A DNA stretch of 64,000 nt from Mobula hypostoma (GCF_963921235.1 NC_086108.1:76014001-76078000); one strand, 5' to 3'; counted from the stretch's first letter, positions 26,301-41,300 are shown. A program made the numbers and translations. Notes: generated by a model not told the origin, from the letters alone.

Positions 26301-29300
26301 CTGTGGTGACCCGCACTTTTATCATATGGAATGGAGTGAGCACATCGCCAACTTTAAAATGGACTGGCGTTCCCTCAAACCACATAGCATCACACTCACC
26401 TTTTTTAAACCCCGGAGGCTGATAGTCAGGAGGAGTCACTGTTATTTAAAAATACATGAATCAGGGAAACTAATCTGAAATGGATTTATTATTAAACTGC
26501 TTGGATGATATTTGGTGAGAACGTAAAAAGAATTAGGGTTAATGAGTGTTCCCTGCTAATCTTTATAAACGAGCTGACAATTAGAGGAATACAGGTATTA
26601 TTAATAAAGAAATCTGACATAAAACAAACTGCTGAAAATGCACAAGATAAACAATAAAGTGAGGAAACATTATGATGTCTTACTGTAGGCATGTTCATTA
26701 AGGAGAACTGAACCACTAATTTGTATCAACTAAACAAGTTAAACAGAAATATTATTATATTATGCTCTGGGGTGTTTTTAGGGATTGAAGTCTCCACTGA
26801 GGTGAGCAAAACAACATAATACCTGGCATCAAAATACTTTTACTGCTACTCATTCACTATCATTTACCTCCCTATCCTCTTTTTTTCTCTCAGTGCTCGA
26901 GCTCTGAAAGCAACTAAAAGTCCATGCACACATTCTTTATTCAAAACCACTATTTCCTTGTCAACTACTAGTTTTCAGGTACACCCCTTTTAGAAAGAAC
27001 AATGCATCTTCACCTCTCCTCATCATGATGCATTTTTGTCTTTTTTAAAATGGTTTCCATGATGGCTTGAAGTCTGATGCCATACACAGCTCCTCAGAAA
27101 TGAAGTTACCCTTGCCTAATGCAGCAACGTTCAGGCATAAGCTAATAAGTTCTGCTGTAGATTATCTATTTGTAATATTAACAATTTTTTTTTCTGTACA
27201 CTATCATTATCTTATCTGCTAGGCATATCCTACAAATATGATTTGCATTTCACAGCTTTTATATGTTCCTTTGTTTGCAACTGGGTCAAGTTGCCATGTG
27301 ATGTGTGCAAAAAAACACCCACAAAGTATTATAAATCTCCTTACAGAAACACAGTATGAATATGAAGCTGTCAATATATAGAAAATAAATAGGAATAAAA
27401 CAACTCTGAAACCAGTAAATTCAACTTACCTTCATCATAATAGAAGAGTTTCATTGTCAAAGACACATCATTAGGAAGTATCTCCAGGCTCTGCATCAAG
27501 ACAAATAGCTTACGGATGAGCAGTATGGAGGCTTTCTTTGTATCTTGAAAGCTTACTTCTGTTCCAATATGTTTGTTTTGGCTGTATAAATTCAAGAAAA
27601 TGTGAAGAATTTTCTTGCTACCTATGGCATATTTCCTGTACTAATCCCAGCAATTAACATTTTGTGGCAGAAAAAAAACATTCAGAAACCATTACCTAAT
27701 ATTTCTTGCTATTAATGCAACTATTAAAGATCACTTCCCAAACAATTACATTACACTTTTGGACTTTAATGAAAAATCATGAATCAGGGGGCCGGCTGGT
27801 GGCACAATGACATCGGCGCCGGACCTGGGAGAAGAGGTTCCCGGGTTTGAAACCAGTCCGGTCCACTCCCGAGTACGCTTTCCATCCATGCCGGGTTGAG
27901 TGTTGAGATCGCAACTCGACCTCGTAAAATAAAGGGAAAAATACTGTGAAAATGTCTGTGTGAGGAGTGGAGCGCCACGCAGTCTCTCTCTCGCTCCACG
28001 CCTTGTAAAAGCCACGAAAAAGACATCATCACAAACGCACAAACGTGCACGTATACACACGCAGATGCACAGAGTTGCACGCACACACCAAAAAAAAAAT
28101 CATGTATCACATCATTTAACCATACAGATCTAGAGCTTAGATCATATTTTTACATAAAGACAGCAACGTCAGAGAACCTTGGATATCAGAATCAGAATCA
28201 GGTTTATTTATCACCGGCATGAGACGTGAAATTTGTTAACTGAGCAGCAGCAGTTCAATGCAATACATAATCTAGCAGAGAGAGAAAAGAATAATAATAA
28301 TAAATGAAAGAAAACATAATAAATAAACAAGTAAATCAATCATGTTTATTGAATAAAAACAATGTTTAAAAACAGAAATACTGTATATTTTAAAAAGTGA
28401 GGTAGTGTCCAAAGCTTCAATGTCCATTTAGGAATCGGATGGCAGAGGGGAAGAAGCTGTTCCTGAATCGCTGAGTGTGTGCCTTCAGGCTTCTTTATAC
28501 TCTATACATTATTGTCGCCAAACAATTGATACTAGAACATACAATCATCACAGCGATATTTCATTCTGCGCTTCCTGCTCCCTGGATTACAAATATCAAG
28601 TATTAAAAATATTTAAAATAGTAAAAATTAGTAAATATTAAAAAGTTAAATTATAAATCATAAATAGAAAATAGAAAAATGGAAAGTAAGGTAGTGCAAA
28701 AAAACCGACAGGTCTGGATATTTGGAGGGTACGGCCCAGATCTGGGTCCGGATCCGTTCAGCAGTCTTATCACAGTTGGAAAGAAGCTGTTCCCATATCT
28801 GGCCATACAAGTCTTCAAGCTCCTGAGCCTTCTCCCGGAGGGAAGAGGGACGAAGTGTGTTGGCTGGGTGGGTCGTGTCCTTGATTATCCTGGCAGCACT
28901 GCTCCGACAGCGTGCAGTGTAAAGTGAGTCCAAGGACGGAAGAGTGGTTTGTGTGATGTGCTGCGCCATGTTCACGATCTTCTGCAGCTTCTTTCGGTCT
29001 TGGACAGGACAACTTCCATACCAGGTTGTGATGCACCCTAGAAGAATGCTTTCTACAGTGCATCTATAAAAATTAGTGAGGGTTTTAGGGGACAGGCCGA
29101 GTTTTCTTTAGTTTTCTCAGGAAGTAAAGGCGCTGGTGGGCCTTCTTGGCAGTGAACCTTCTGTACCTCCTACCTGATGGTAACAATGAGAAAAGGGCAT
29201 ACCCTGGGTGCTGGAGGTCCTTAATAATGGACGCTGCCTTTCTGAGACACCGCTCCCTAAAGATGTCCTGAGTACGTTGTAGGCTAGTGCCCAAGCTGGA

Positions 29301-32300
29301 GCTGACTAGATTTGCAACCTTCTGTAGTTCCTTTCGGTCCTGTGCAGTAGCCCCTCCATACCACACAATGATGCAGCCTGTCAGAATGCTCTCCTCGGTA
29401 CAACTATAGAAGTTTTTGAGTGTATTTGTTGACATGCCAAATCTCTTCAAACTCCTAATAAAGTATAGCCATGGTCTTGCCTTCTTTATGACTACATCAA
29501 TATGTTGGGACCAGGTTAGATCCTCAGAGATCTTGATGCCCAGGAACTGAGGTTGAGTGCCAGGCTGCTGCTGCGGCACCATTCCACTAGTTGGCATATC
29601 TCACTCCTGTACGCCCTCTCATCACCACCTGAGATTCTACCAATAATGGTTGTATCGTCAGCAAATTTGTAGATGGTATTTGAGCCATGCCTAGCCACAT
29701 AGTCATGTGCATACAGAGAGTAGAGCGGTGGGCTAAGCACACACACCTGAAGTGCGCCAGTGTTGATCGTCAGCGAGGAGGATATGTTATCACCAATCCA
29801 CACAGACTATGGTCTTCCGGTTAGGAAGCTGAGGGTCCAATTGCAAAGGGAGGTACAGAGGCCCAGGTTCTGCAACAATCAGGATTGTGGGAATGATGTC
29901 AAAAGAGTTGGTGAATTTAGCCAAGAAGGTAAAAGAAATGTATTTAAGATTTAGGAAGTTAACATTAGAATTCTTGAGCATTATAAAGAAGCCAGAAAAG
30001 AACTCAAGGGAATCAGAAAAGCTAGGGCAGTGGTCCCCAACCTCTGGGCCGTGGACCGATACATTGCCGCGAAGAATAAAGTGGTGTGGCGGTAGTCGGA
30101 ACGCACCCAGCACATCTTTAAGAAAAAAGCCGAAGTAAACAAGCTAACTAATTAGGTGCCGCCTGGCACGTAATTAATTAGCTTGTTTATTTCAGCTTTT
30201 TTCTTAAAGATGTGCTGGGTGCGTTCCGACTACCGCCGCACCACTGCATTCTTCGCGGCAATGTATCGGTCCGTGGCCCAGAGGTTGGGGACCACTGAGC
30301 TAGGGGGTGGGAGTGTGGCACTTAAAAGCCCTTGGCAAGAAGGATTAAAGAGAATCCCAAGGCAATCAACACATACATCAACAACAAGGAGTTAACTAGG
30401 AACAAGTAGGACCATTCAAGGATAAAAGGTGGAAACGTGTGTTTCAAGGTGGAACGTGTGGGTGAGGTCTTGAATGAGTATTTTGCATTCGTACTTCCCA
30501 AGGAAAAAGACATGGAGGATAGGGAGATCAGTGTGGAGCATACTAATTTTCCTGAGAATTTTAAAATAAAGTGAAATAGTGTGAGGTATCCTAAAGAGCA
30601 AGATCTGATGGGATATAGACCCCAGGTTATTAAGAGAGGCAAGAGATGAAGTTGCTGGGGACTTGTCGTCTCTTCCCATACGAGAGGTCCCGGAAGAATA
30701 GCAAGTAGATAATGTTGTTCCATTATTCAAGAAGGGAAGCAGGAATAGTCCTGGAAACTATAGACCAGTAAGTTTCACCTCAGTGGTAGGGTAGTTAGAA
30801 GAGAGGGTTTCTAGTAGTAGGACATGAGAAATTGGAAAAAACATGGCCTAATTAGAGCCAGACAGCATACAGTTCTGCAGGGCAAGCCATGTCTTACTAA
30901 CTTGATTAAGTTTTTTGAGGAGTTGACAAAAGTGGATGTTGTCTACATGAATTTTAGTAAGACGTTTGATAAGATCCCGCATGGGAAGTTCAATAGAAGA
31001 TTAAAATGCATGGGATACACAGTAAACTGGCCACTCCAATTTAGAATTGGTTTGCATGTAGAAGACAGAGAATAGTGCTCAATAGGATTTATTCTAACAG
31101 GATGTTTGTAACTGGTGGTGCTCCACAGGAACTGTACTCAAACCTCTGCTGTTTTTGATATACTGTATATAAATGACCTGGATGAAAATGTGGATGGATG
31201 TATGAGTAGGTTTGTAGATGAAAGCTGGTGGAGTTGCGGATAGCATAAAAGACAAGCAAAAGATTAAGCAGGATAAAGATTAGTTGGAAATATAGGCAGT
31301 AAATTGGCAGATGAAGTTTAACCTCGCCAAATGTGAAAGGCTGCATCTTGGGAGATGAAATGTACAGAGACATACACTATTAATGGCAAGACCCTTAACA
31401 GAGTGATGACCAGAGGGATATTGGGGTCCAAGGTCATAGCTCCCTGAAAAGGGCTACATGAGTTGATAAAGTGGTAAACAAGGCATACTACATGCATTCC
31501 TTTTTAAGTAGATGAAATGAGTTCAAGAGTTGGGAAGTTGCAGCTTTATAAAACTATAGGTAGACAGCATCTGGAGTATTGCATTCAGTTCTGGCAGCCT
31601 CATTATAGGAAGGATGTCAAGGTTTTGGAAATGGGGTAGAAGTAATTTACCTGGTTGCTATCTGGGTTAGAGAGCATGTGTTATAAGGAGAGGTTGGACA
31701 AACCTGGGTTATTTTCTCCGTAGCAGTGGAGGATGAAGGGAGATCTGATAGAAGTTTATAAGATTATGAGAGGTATAGATAGACAGCCAGGATTGAAATG
31801 CCTATTCCTAGAGGACTTGCATTTAAGGTGGGGGGGGGGGGTTAAGTTCAAAAGGAGAAGTGTGGGCAGTTTTTTAAAAAACATAGAGTGGAGGGGGCTT
31901 GGAATGAACTGCCTTGGGTGGTGGTAAGAGCAAATACAATAGGGCTTTTAGATAGGTACATGAATGTACAGGGAATAAAAGGATATGGGCATTGTGAGGG
32001 CAAAAGGGATTAGTTTTGTTGGACCTTTGATTACTAATTTAATTAGTTTAGTATAGCATTGTGGCTGAAGGGCCTATTCCTATGTTATACTATTCTTGCT
32101 CTTTATTCTATATTCAAATCTATGCTACAAAATTAGCTCTATTTCAGATTCTCAAATGTGAATGCTGAATTGGGTGGACACAGTTCTGGTGAGAGGGAGA
32201 AAAAGGTGTGATTACCACTATTCAATTGGGTAGAAAGTTGTGTTTACCTTGGGCAAGGCATTTGGAAGAATATATATTGGCTATGATGTGGGAATGGTGC

Positions 32301-35300
32301 ATATTCGCCAGAATATCAGAGCTAAGGTTGTAATTTACACAGAAGAGGCTCATGCTCCATCAAGTATTGATGAAGGATTGATCTCATAGAAAGATCATAA
32401 CAATTAAACAAAGAGCGGGTTACAGGGAGACTATCTCCTCTGATAATGCATAGTTTATTACCTTAAGATATCCAGCTTTGGTCCATCTGCAGTGTACTTG
32501 AACTTAAACTGGTAAGACTCTATTATACTCTGTAAGTACATATATGATTAAGTTGAGGTATAGGCAAATTTCATCCATATTTATAAAATTGTATTACATA
32601 AATATTTTACCAGGTATAAATCCTTACATTTGGATCCTCCGGATCTCTATGAACCTATAAAAATATCAAATTTACAATATTTATAACATACTCATTTTCA
32701 TTCAGTATGCAAGCATTTTTTCCCTACTGAACTAGCACAGACTCTCCTATTTTATAATTCACCTCCCTCTCTCCAGAACGTAGTGACATAAGCCAAAGTG
32801 TAAATCTCTCTACTCCTTATGCAAATGATCATTCTCCCTGAAAGAGCTCAAATGCTGGTCAACCATTATTGGTAACTCCTGACAATCACACTTATCCACG
32901 AGAAATAAGCAAGGATGGAAGTTCCAAGTTTGTTAACTGATTCCAGTTTCATTATTTCCAATGTTCATAGTTTTGTCTTTGACTGCAATGATATTGATCA
33001 GCCAATCAATTGGGAAGACAATGGCAAATATAATTTGACTTCAATAAGAATGAGGTGACACATTTTGTGGAATCAAGTATGGTAGATTATATACTATGAA
33101 ACCATGGTAGGGCACCAGGATATACTGAGGAACAAAGCAACCTTGGTGTACAAGTCCAAAGGATTCCTAAAAGTGACAGCAGAGATAGATAGGGTGATGG
33201 ATAGGATGCTTGCCTTCATTAGCTTGGGTTTAGAGAATAAAACAGGAATGTCTTGATACAACTTCATAACACAATGGTTAGGCCACAGCTGGAATATTGT
33301 GTGTACTTAAGTTGCCGCACTATGTGATGCACTGGAGAGCATGCTGAAAAGATTTGCCAGGAAGTTGTTTGGGATGGTTCAGTTATAAAGAAAAAGTGGC
33401 TGGGTTTATTTCCTTCGGAGCAAAGGCTGTTTGTGGAGAACCTGATAGAGATATACAGAATTATGGCAGGCATGGATAGGGTAGGTAGTAAGAAACTTTT
33501 TTTTCCTTATTCCTCAAAACATTTAAAAAAAAAACCTGGATGAGTATTTGAATTGTGAAAGCATAGTACGATGTGGACCAAATACTGCCAAGTGAGAGTG
33601 CTATAAATTAGCACTAGATATTCAACATATGCATGAGCTACAGGACCTGTTTGTGTTCTGTATAATTCATAACTATTGGAAACTTAATGTGGTGAAATTT
33701 CTCATGCAATGGAACCTGCTCATAATTCTTGTGTGCAATTAAGACAAATATTATGTTGATCTTTATTGCAAGAGGATTTGAGTACAGGGGTAGAGACATC
33801 TCGCTCCTGAAATTCTGGTGAAATAGATCAAGAATATTTTGTACAGGACTAGACCCCCTATCCAAGGAAAAATATACTTGCAATAGAGGAAGTACAAGGA
33901 TTCACCAGATTGATTTCTGGGGAAGGGATTTATCACACGAGGACAGGTTAAGTGGACCTGGCCTGTACTGTATTGTCACAAATTAAGGAGAACATCCGAT
34001 ATTCTTGTAGAATCTGAAGGATGGCTGCAAAATTGACATTGCATCAGGATGGAGTGTCAAGAGCCAGGAGTTAATGTTTCAGGACAGAGATGAGTAGAAG
34101 TTTCTTCTCCTAGAGTGTAATAAACCTTTGGAAATCACCGAGTATTTTCAGTACTGAGATCAATTGATTTCTAGATATAAAGGAATCAAGAGATATGGAA
34201 TTGGTGCAAGAAAGGGCATTGAAGTAAAAGTCACAATTTTATTGAATAGTGGAGCAAGGATGAGGGAATTAAATGTCCTACTTCTGCTTCCATTTCTTAC
34301 ATTCTTAAGGTTATATCTGGTGCATGATCAATGAGCCCATTCACTTCATAGTATCTTTACAAATGTTAATAGGAAATATTAAAAAGTCATATGATTTAAA
34401 TTTAATATTTTTGCAATTATATTTTAATTAAGTATTTTCTGGTAATTTCATTTTTTCTTCTTCAAAGGAACTAACTTTGATTTTCAAAAGTTTCTGAATG
34501 TTCCTGAAGTTCAGGGAAATACATATATATTTCATATTTATCACTTTTACAGATAACAAAGCTAGAAGCATGTTTGGTTTTTGCAAAAGGCTTTTTTCAG
34601 TGGATTCACATTAAAGCCTTTACTCAATTGCTCAAATGATTTGGTCATAATATCCGTGGTCCTGGTTCCATGCAGGATCTTGCCGATTTGGTCTAGAATA
34701 TTCTCAGCCAGCCAACTCTGTTTTCTAGATCCATACGAGGTAGATTCTAAACTGTGGAGATTCTGAAAAGAGTGTGGGTGATGGAGCTTATTCAATAAAA
34801 TCAAATCTGCTAACTCTGACAATACACTCAAAAGAAAGGTGATTTTGGATTTTTCCTGTTGGTGATTTTAATATATTTTCTGCATACTTTCAGTTTTGCC
34901 CCACCTAGTACGCAGCAGATGTAAGAACATATACATGGTTGGTTCCTGCCCGCAGACATAATTATCCAATCCCTATGTACTTATTTACTTAATTTTTTCA
35001 TTTTTTTTATCCCTTTCCCAAATCTTTCCCTTTACTTGTGTTAATTCTCTATTTTCCAAAAAAAAACAACAACAAACATTTAGAGTAGGGGTGCTTACGT
35101 TAGCAATATTACTGTGTTGATGAGAAGAGCAATATAAATCAAGCACGAACAAATTGGGATATAAACACCTACAATGGTTGGTATATAGGCTTGTATGCAA
35201 CATTTTGGACCAGTGGAAATGGTCCAGAAGGGTTGTATGGAAACTATTACCACCATTTTTCTTAACAACTAATTTCATTACTTAGCCTAATAGGTTAGAT

Positions 35301-38300
35301 TTACCACAGTACATAATTATCTATTTAAATGTTTATTTTGCTTTTATATCATCTCAATGTGTACTTAAGAATGTATAAATAATTGTAGTTTTATACATAT
35401 AAAAAAATGGAAAAGGTTATATGTGTGAAAAAAGTACATGATAATTGTGAACTCCTTATCCAAATAAAAATAAAATTAAAAAAAAAGAAAAGAACATATA
35501 CATGGTTGGGATGTGTATAGTGGGAACAGGATACGACATGGATGGGAGCACAAGATAATTAAGAGGTACAGTATGGTCTTGAATGTTCCAAGAGTGAGAA
35601 CTTTGGTCAAGGTATATGGGTGTTGGAAAAGTATGGGAGGAGGAATACAGTAGAGCAATTGGTGGTGACAAGAGTTTGGGGGCAGCAAGAAGAACTGAGG
35701 AGATTTACAGGATAGCTTCCTGGGTTGAAGAAACATATTTATTTTTGTGGTCTACAAGTAGTATAAGTTTTTGCCCAAAATGTCCAGAGAAGCCCAACTC
35801 TGCAGATTAAGGTTCAAGGAAAGCCTATTTAAAGGGAGGTATGCAGCCACTTGACAAGTTTTCAATTATTATACTATCTCCTCACAACAAATTGAATGGC
35901 TGTGAATTTTGAAGTGTGTTAAGCTTAGTTTTGAAATGTTAACATCCCACATAACCGAAACCCTTTTTTTTCTGGTGGTGGTGGGGTGGTAGTTGAGTGA
36001 GGAGGTTAAAATTACACCCAGTACTTCATGGATAATCTCTAGTTTAGCTTTGTTTTTGAACAAACAGCTTTCTTATGCAGATCACCATGGTCACAGCCCC
36101 ACTTGGAAGTTAAAGATCTCATTTGGTGTGAAGTATGATCTTCATGTTGTTCTTGTGTATGCTGCTTATATGATGCTACATGCCAATGATGCTGCTGCAA
36201 GTAGGTTTTTCATTCCACCCATATATACAAGTACTTGTACATATGACAATAAACTTGACCTTGAATTGGTACTGAGAAAGGCCTCCATGGTCTTGGTTTA
36301 CATGGTGTGGGAGATAGGTGTGGTGGGATTATTACCCATGGCTGTCAGTAGGGATTAGTCTCCACTGGAAGTGCTTTCAATAGAAGTGAGAGACCTATTA
36401 GCATGCTCAATTTCATTTCACACATTAAGAATGACTACTTGTAGGTAACAAAACAAGAAATCAATATCTTCAAGGGGAAGGTGTATATAGAGAAAGTAAA
36501 AAAAAAAGACTTTATACAAAACCTGAAAAACTAATCTAAATTGCAATGGATCACCCTTTCTCAAAAGATGGGAACATGAATATGAAGTTACAATTAGATC
36601 GGCCTGATCTTATTAAAAGGTTAAACATGCCAAGTGGCCGAGTCCTAATTCATGTATTAGTGGGTTTATGCAGAGCAGTTTTGAGAGGAAAACATTGGTC
36701 ATACACAATGCCACAATGGAATAAATATTCTGAAAGTGGACTATTTGTTCTTACATATGGACTATTTGTCTGAAGCAAGTATTTTTTTTGTTTAAAAACC
36801 TTCACTCCATTTAAAATTTTGCACTATTGTGAGTAAAAGCCTAACATTTCTGGTTAAAAAATGATAGCTTATCACATTCATAAAGAAATTAAAAGCTTGC
36901 ATGCATATAAAATTTCTCATTGGTTTCAAAGCACATTATAGCGAATGTTTTTTATTTTTAATTAGCATATTTTTCTTTTGTAGGGAAATGCAGCAGCAAG
37001 TTTGAGCATGGGATAATCAGGCACGATCTTACATAAATTAACTGTATATGAGGGAACCAGAATGTACTCAACACCCAATGATTTATCTAAGCTGTAGGTG
37101 TTGGCTAAAATAACAGAACTGCACTTTTGAAAAAATATCATTGGAATTTTAAGTCCATTTGAGAGGAGAGATGAGGGTTTTGGTCACCAACTCGGATGAA
37201 AGATTTATTAATGTTTTGAAAGTTTAAGCTATCTTTAGTTTTTACAATAATTAGCAATCCTCCTATACATTTTCAACCATTTCGATTCATACTTCATTTA
37301 CAAAATGTTCATTTTCATGTTTGTGGCCTTTTGAAGAATTACAAGAGTATAATATCTTTATTGTAATCTCAATAATATGTCATGAAATCACACATCTATG
37401 AAATCATAAATTCCTGACTTCAAAAATCTTGCATCCAAAAATAAATATGTAAATGTTTAAAAATGTACTTACTCCAAGAATAATTGTTCGTAGCTATTGA
37501 TATAAAAAGGACATAGTTTGTAAATAATACAAGACAGCATACTTAATGTGCAAGGAATTACAAGGATTTAAAATTATCTTTTATGATCTGAAGTACATAT
37601 AAAAATGTATATATCTTTATCATAGCTTTATTCTCCAAAACCAAAACATTAATTGGAATACACAAGCTTGTAAAGTATGATTAAGAACATTAGAAGATAA
37701 TTTTTATTTGACACAAATGGACTTACAAATCTTTTCTCCAAAGCATCAAAACAGCCCAGCATCCTGGAAAATAGAACATTGAAAGATCTGTATACAGCAT
37801 AGTGGGTGAGGAAATTAATAAGATATGAATATATCAGGTCAATGTTCCACAAATACAGAAAGTTTGCTTGCCGGTTGTTTCAATAAATAGATTTAAATCT
37901 TTTTTTAAATTAAAATTACTGAATCTGTTTAAGTGCCCTAAAGTACTCATAATTAATTAAAAACAAAGAAAAATAATCAAACCACTTACTTGCAGTTAAC
38001 TTTTTAATTAAAAGTTCACTAAACATCTAGCACAAAACTAATTGCCAGATCCAAAGTACATCCACACCTTCAGATCAGGATGTTTATAGAAACCATAGAA
38101 AAACTACAGCACAGAAACAGGCCTTTTGGCCCTTCTTGGCTGTGCTGAACCATTTTCTGCCTAGTCCCACTGACCTGCACACGGACCATATCCCTCCATA
38201 CACCTCCCATCCATGTATCTGTCCAATTTATTCTTAAATGTTAAAAAAGAACCCGCATTTACCACCTCATCTGGCAGCTTATTCCATACTCCCACCACTC

Positions 38301-41300
38301 TGTGTGAAGAAGCCCCCACTAATGTTTCCTTTAAACCTTTCCCCCCTCACCCTTAACCCACGTCCTCTGGTTTTTTTCTCCCCTTGCCTCAGTGGAAAAA
38401 GCCTGCTTGCATTCACTCTATCTACACCCATCATAATTTTATATACTTCTATCAAATCTCCCCTCATTCTTCTACGCTCCAGGGAATAAAGTCCTAACCT
38501 ATTCAACCTTTCTCTGTAACTGAGCTTCTCAAGTCCCGGCAACATCCTTGTAAACCTTCTCTGTACTCTTTCAACCTTATTAATATCCTTCCTGTAATTT
38601 GGTGACCAAAACTGAACACAATACTCCAGATTCGGCCTCACCAATGCCTTATACAACCTCATCATAACATTCCAGCTCTTATACTCAATACTTTGATTAA
38701 TAAAGGCCAATGTACCAAAAGCTCTCTTTACGACCCTATCTACCTGTGACACCACTTTTAGGGAATTTTGTATCTGTATTCCCAGATCCCTCTGTTCTAC
38801 TGCACTCCTCAGTGCCTTACCATTAACCCTGTATGTTCTACCTTGGTTTGTCCTTCCAACGTGCAACACCTCACACTTGTCTGTATTAAACTCCATCTGC
38901 CATTTTTCAGCCCATTTTTCCAGCTGGTCCAAGTCCCTCTGCAGGCTCTGAAAACCTTCCTCACTGTCTACTACACCTCCAATCTTTGTATCATCAGCAA
39001 ATTTGCTGATCCAATTTACCACATTATCATCCAGATCATTGATATAGATGACAAATAACAATGGACCCAGCACTGATCCCTGTGGCACACCACTAGTCAC
39101 AGGCCTCCACTCGGAGAAGCAATTCTCTACTACCACTCTTTGGCTTCTACCATCGAGCCAATGTCTAATCCAATTTACCACTTCTCCATGTATACCAAGC
39201 GACTGAATTTTCCTAACTAACCTCCCATGCGGGACCTTGTCAAAGGCCTTACTGAAGTCCATGTAGACAATATCCACTGCCTTCCCTTCATCCACTTTCC
39301 TGGTAACCTTGTCGAAAAACTCCAATAGATTGGTCAAACATGACCTACCACGCACAAAGCCATGTTGACTCTCCCTAATAAGTCCCTGTCTATCCAAATG
39401 CTTGTAGATTCTGTCTCTTAGTACTCCCTCCAATAACTTACCTACTACCGACGTTAAATTTACCAGCCTATAATTTCCCGGGTTACTTTTCGATCCTTTT
39501 TTATGTTACAGTCCTGAACAATGCTGAGACTAATGGTAAAATGGGAAGTTAGGTACTTCCCCTTATTAGGTAGGTACTCAGGCTTATTTCCAACTTCCAT
39601 ATTACAATATGCAGATATGAAAGTAAGAGATGAGCCAAACCATTAGGAGGATGTCATCAGTGTAGCTACTTTGCACTTGAACCACCAACACAAGATAACT
39701 ACACTTACACCCAGAAACATGATATACATAAGATACTCCACAATGCATTTCCTGTAGATACTATGCTGGTTTAATTTGAAAAACTTGCAGTGAAAGGTTC
39801 TGTCCCCTTAACATTTTATATAGACTTTGCTTTATGAACATCATCACTCTGTTTGCAGTACAATTACTCAAAAATGTCATACTTACCATTTTACTACTTT
39901 GCTTGCTCCAGGAAACCTACTGTCCTCACGCAATATTTTTACACACATGCCTGAAAAATTATGGTTACATTTATCATCACTTTAAAGTTTAAGAAAATGC
40001 TAACAACATTATGAAACAGAAAAATTATGACTTTTTTTAACATGCTGGCATTGGAATAATTTCAAAAATAAATCTCTGTAATTCACATTCACAATAGCCA
40101 ATTGTTCACAATGTCAAAATAAATTAATTGCAAATCCTAGAAATGTTAAACCTACTAATTCAAAGTATATTTATTAACAAAGTACGTATGCAGTATGCAA
40201 CCCTGAGATTAATCTTCCCCACCAACATTAAAATTGCAAGCTGGTCACATAAGGATCAAACACTTGAGCTGTGAGGTTCAGCTCAAGTGTTTGATCCTTA
40301 TGTGACCAGCTTGCAATTTTAATGTTGGTGGGGAAGATTAATCTCAGGGTTGCATACTGCTTGGTAGTTTCAATAGTTTGGCTTTTGTTTCATGCTCTCA
40401 GTGACCCACGTTTAGCTCAGCAGCTACAATCCTCACTCGAAGGTTTTAAAAGGCACACTACGTAAGCAGACCTTTCCCAGTCCATAAATATTGCTACTTA
40501 GTGAATGGATATTACAATGATGGGTGAAGAGAGAGAAAAGTGTTTAGTGGACCTGGAGAAATTGGTGATCAACAGTCCCTGTAGAGGATTTGTCCTTGTG
40601 CACAGAAACCAAGGACTGCAGCCCAACATTTTTGGAAAGAAGCAGCTGTGAAGAATAATACTGCATTTGTTCTGTCAATATCTGCCTGTATTTTGGGGAT
40701 TCAGCAATGCAGATGAATTCTGTGCGTACTTTGGCTAGTCTGGGAACTGGAGTCTAGATGAGGTATCCTTTGTTGAGTATGAGTTTGAGTGATCTCTCAG
40801 TGCACGAGTGAGCAGAAGACTGAGAGATGTGATATAGATCAGCTACCACATCCTGGAATTGAGAGTCACCCAAAGCCATTCAAGGTTGTGCTTTCATTTA
40901 AGAAACTGGTAAAACAAAGTTATTAAACAAAATAAAACAAAGAATTTTTTTAAAGTTATCTTTCACACGACTGATATGGAAAACCAGGCTTGGACAAATT
41001 TTGAATATTGCAGGTGTATTGACAACATTTGGAGATTTAATCAGATACAAAAATGAAAGGGCCAACAAAAATATCTTCAGAAAGTTAGGGGAAATTTTCC
41101 CAATAGTTACTAACACATCCAGAAGTAGCTAGTGTATAGTTGTACTCTAGATTAAGCAGCTAGTCAACTGCATAGCATTGTTATCTTTTGAAGGAATTTT
41201 TAGGCTAGATTCTTACGTACAAAAATAACTTGCATCTTCAAAATACTTTAATTCTAATGGCCAAAAGGCATTTCAGAAGTATAACCTGGCAACAATGAAT

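Noticed and set aside
27787..27860. tRNA gene
   Set aside because: A/B boxes are present, but the region continues into a SINE body with an A tail and TSD; no clean cloverleaf
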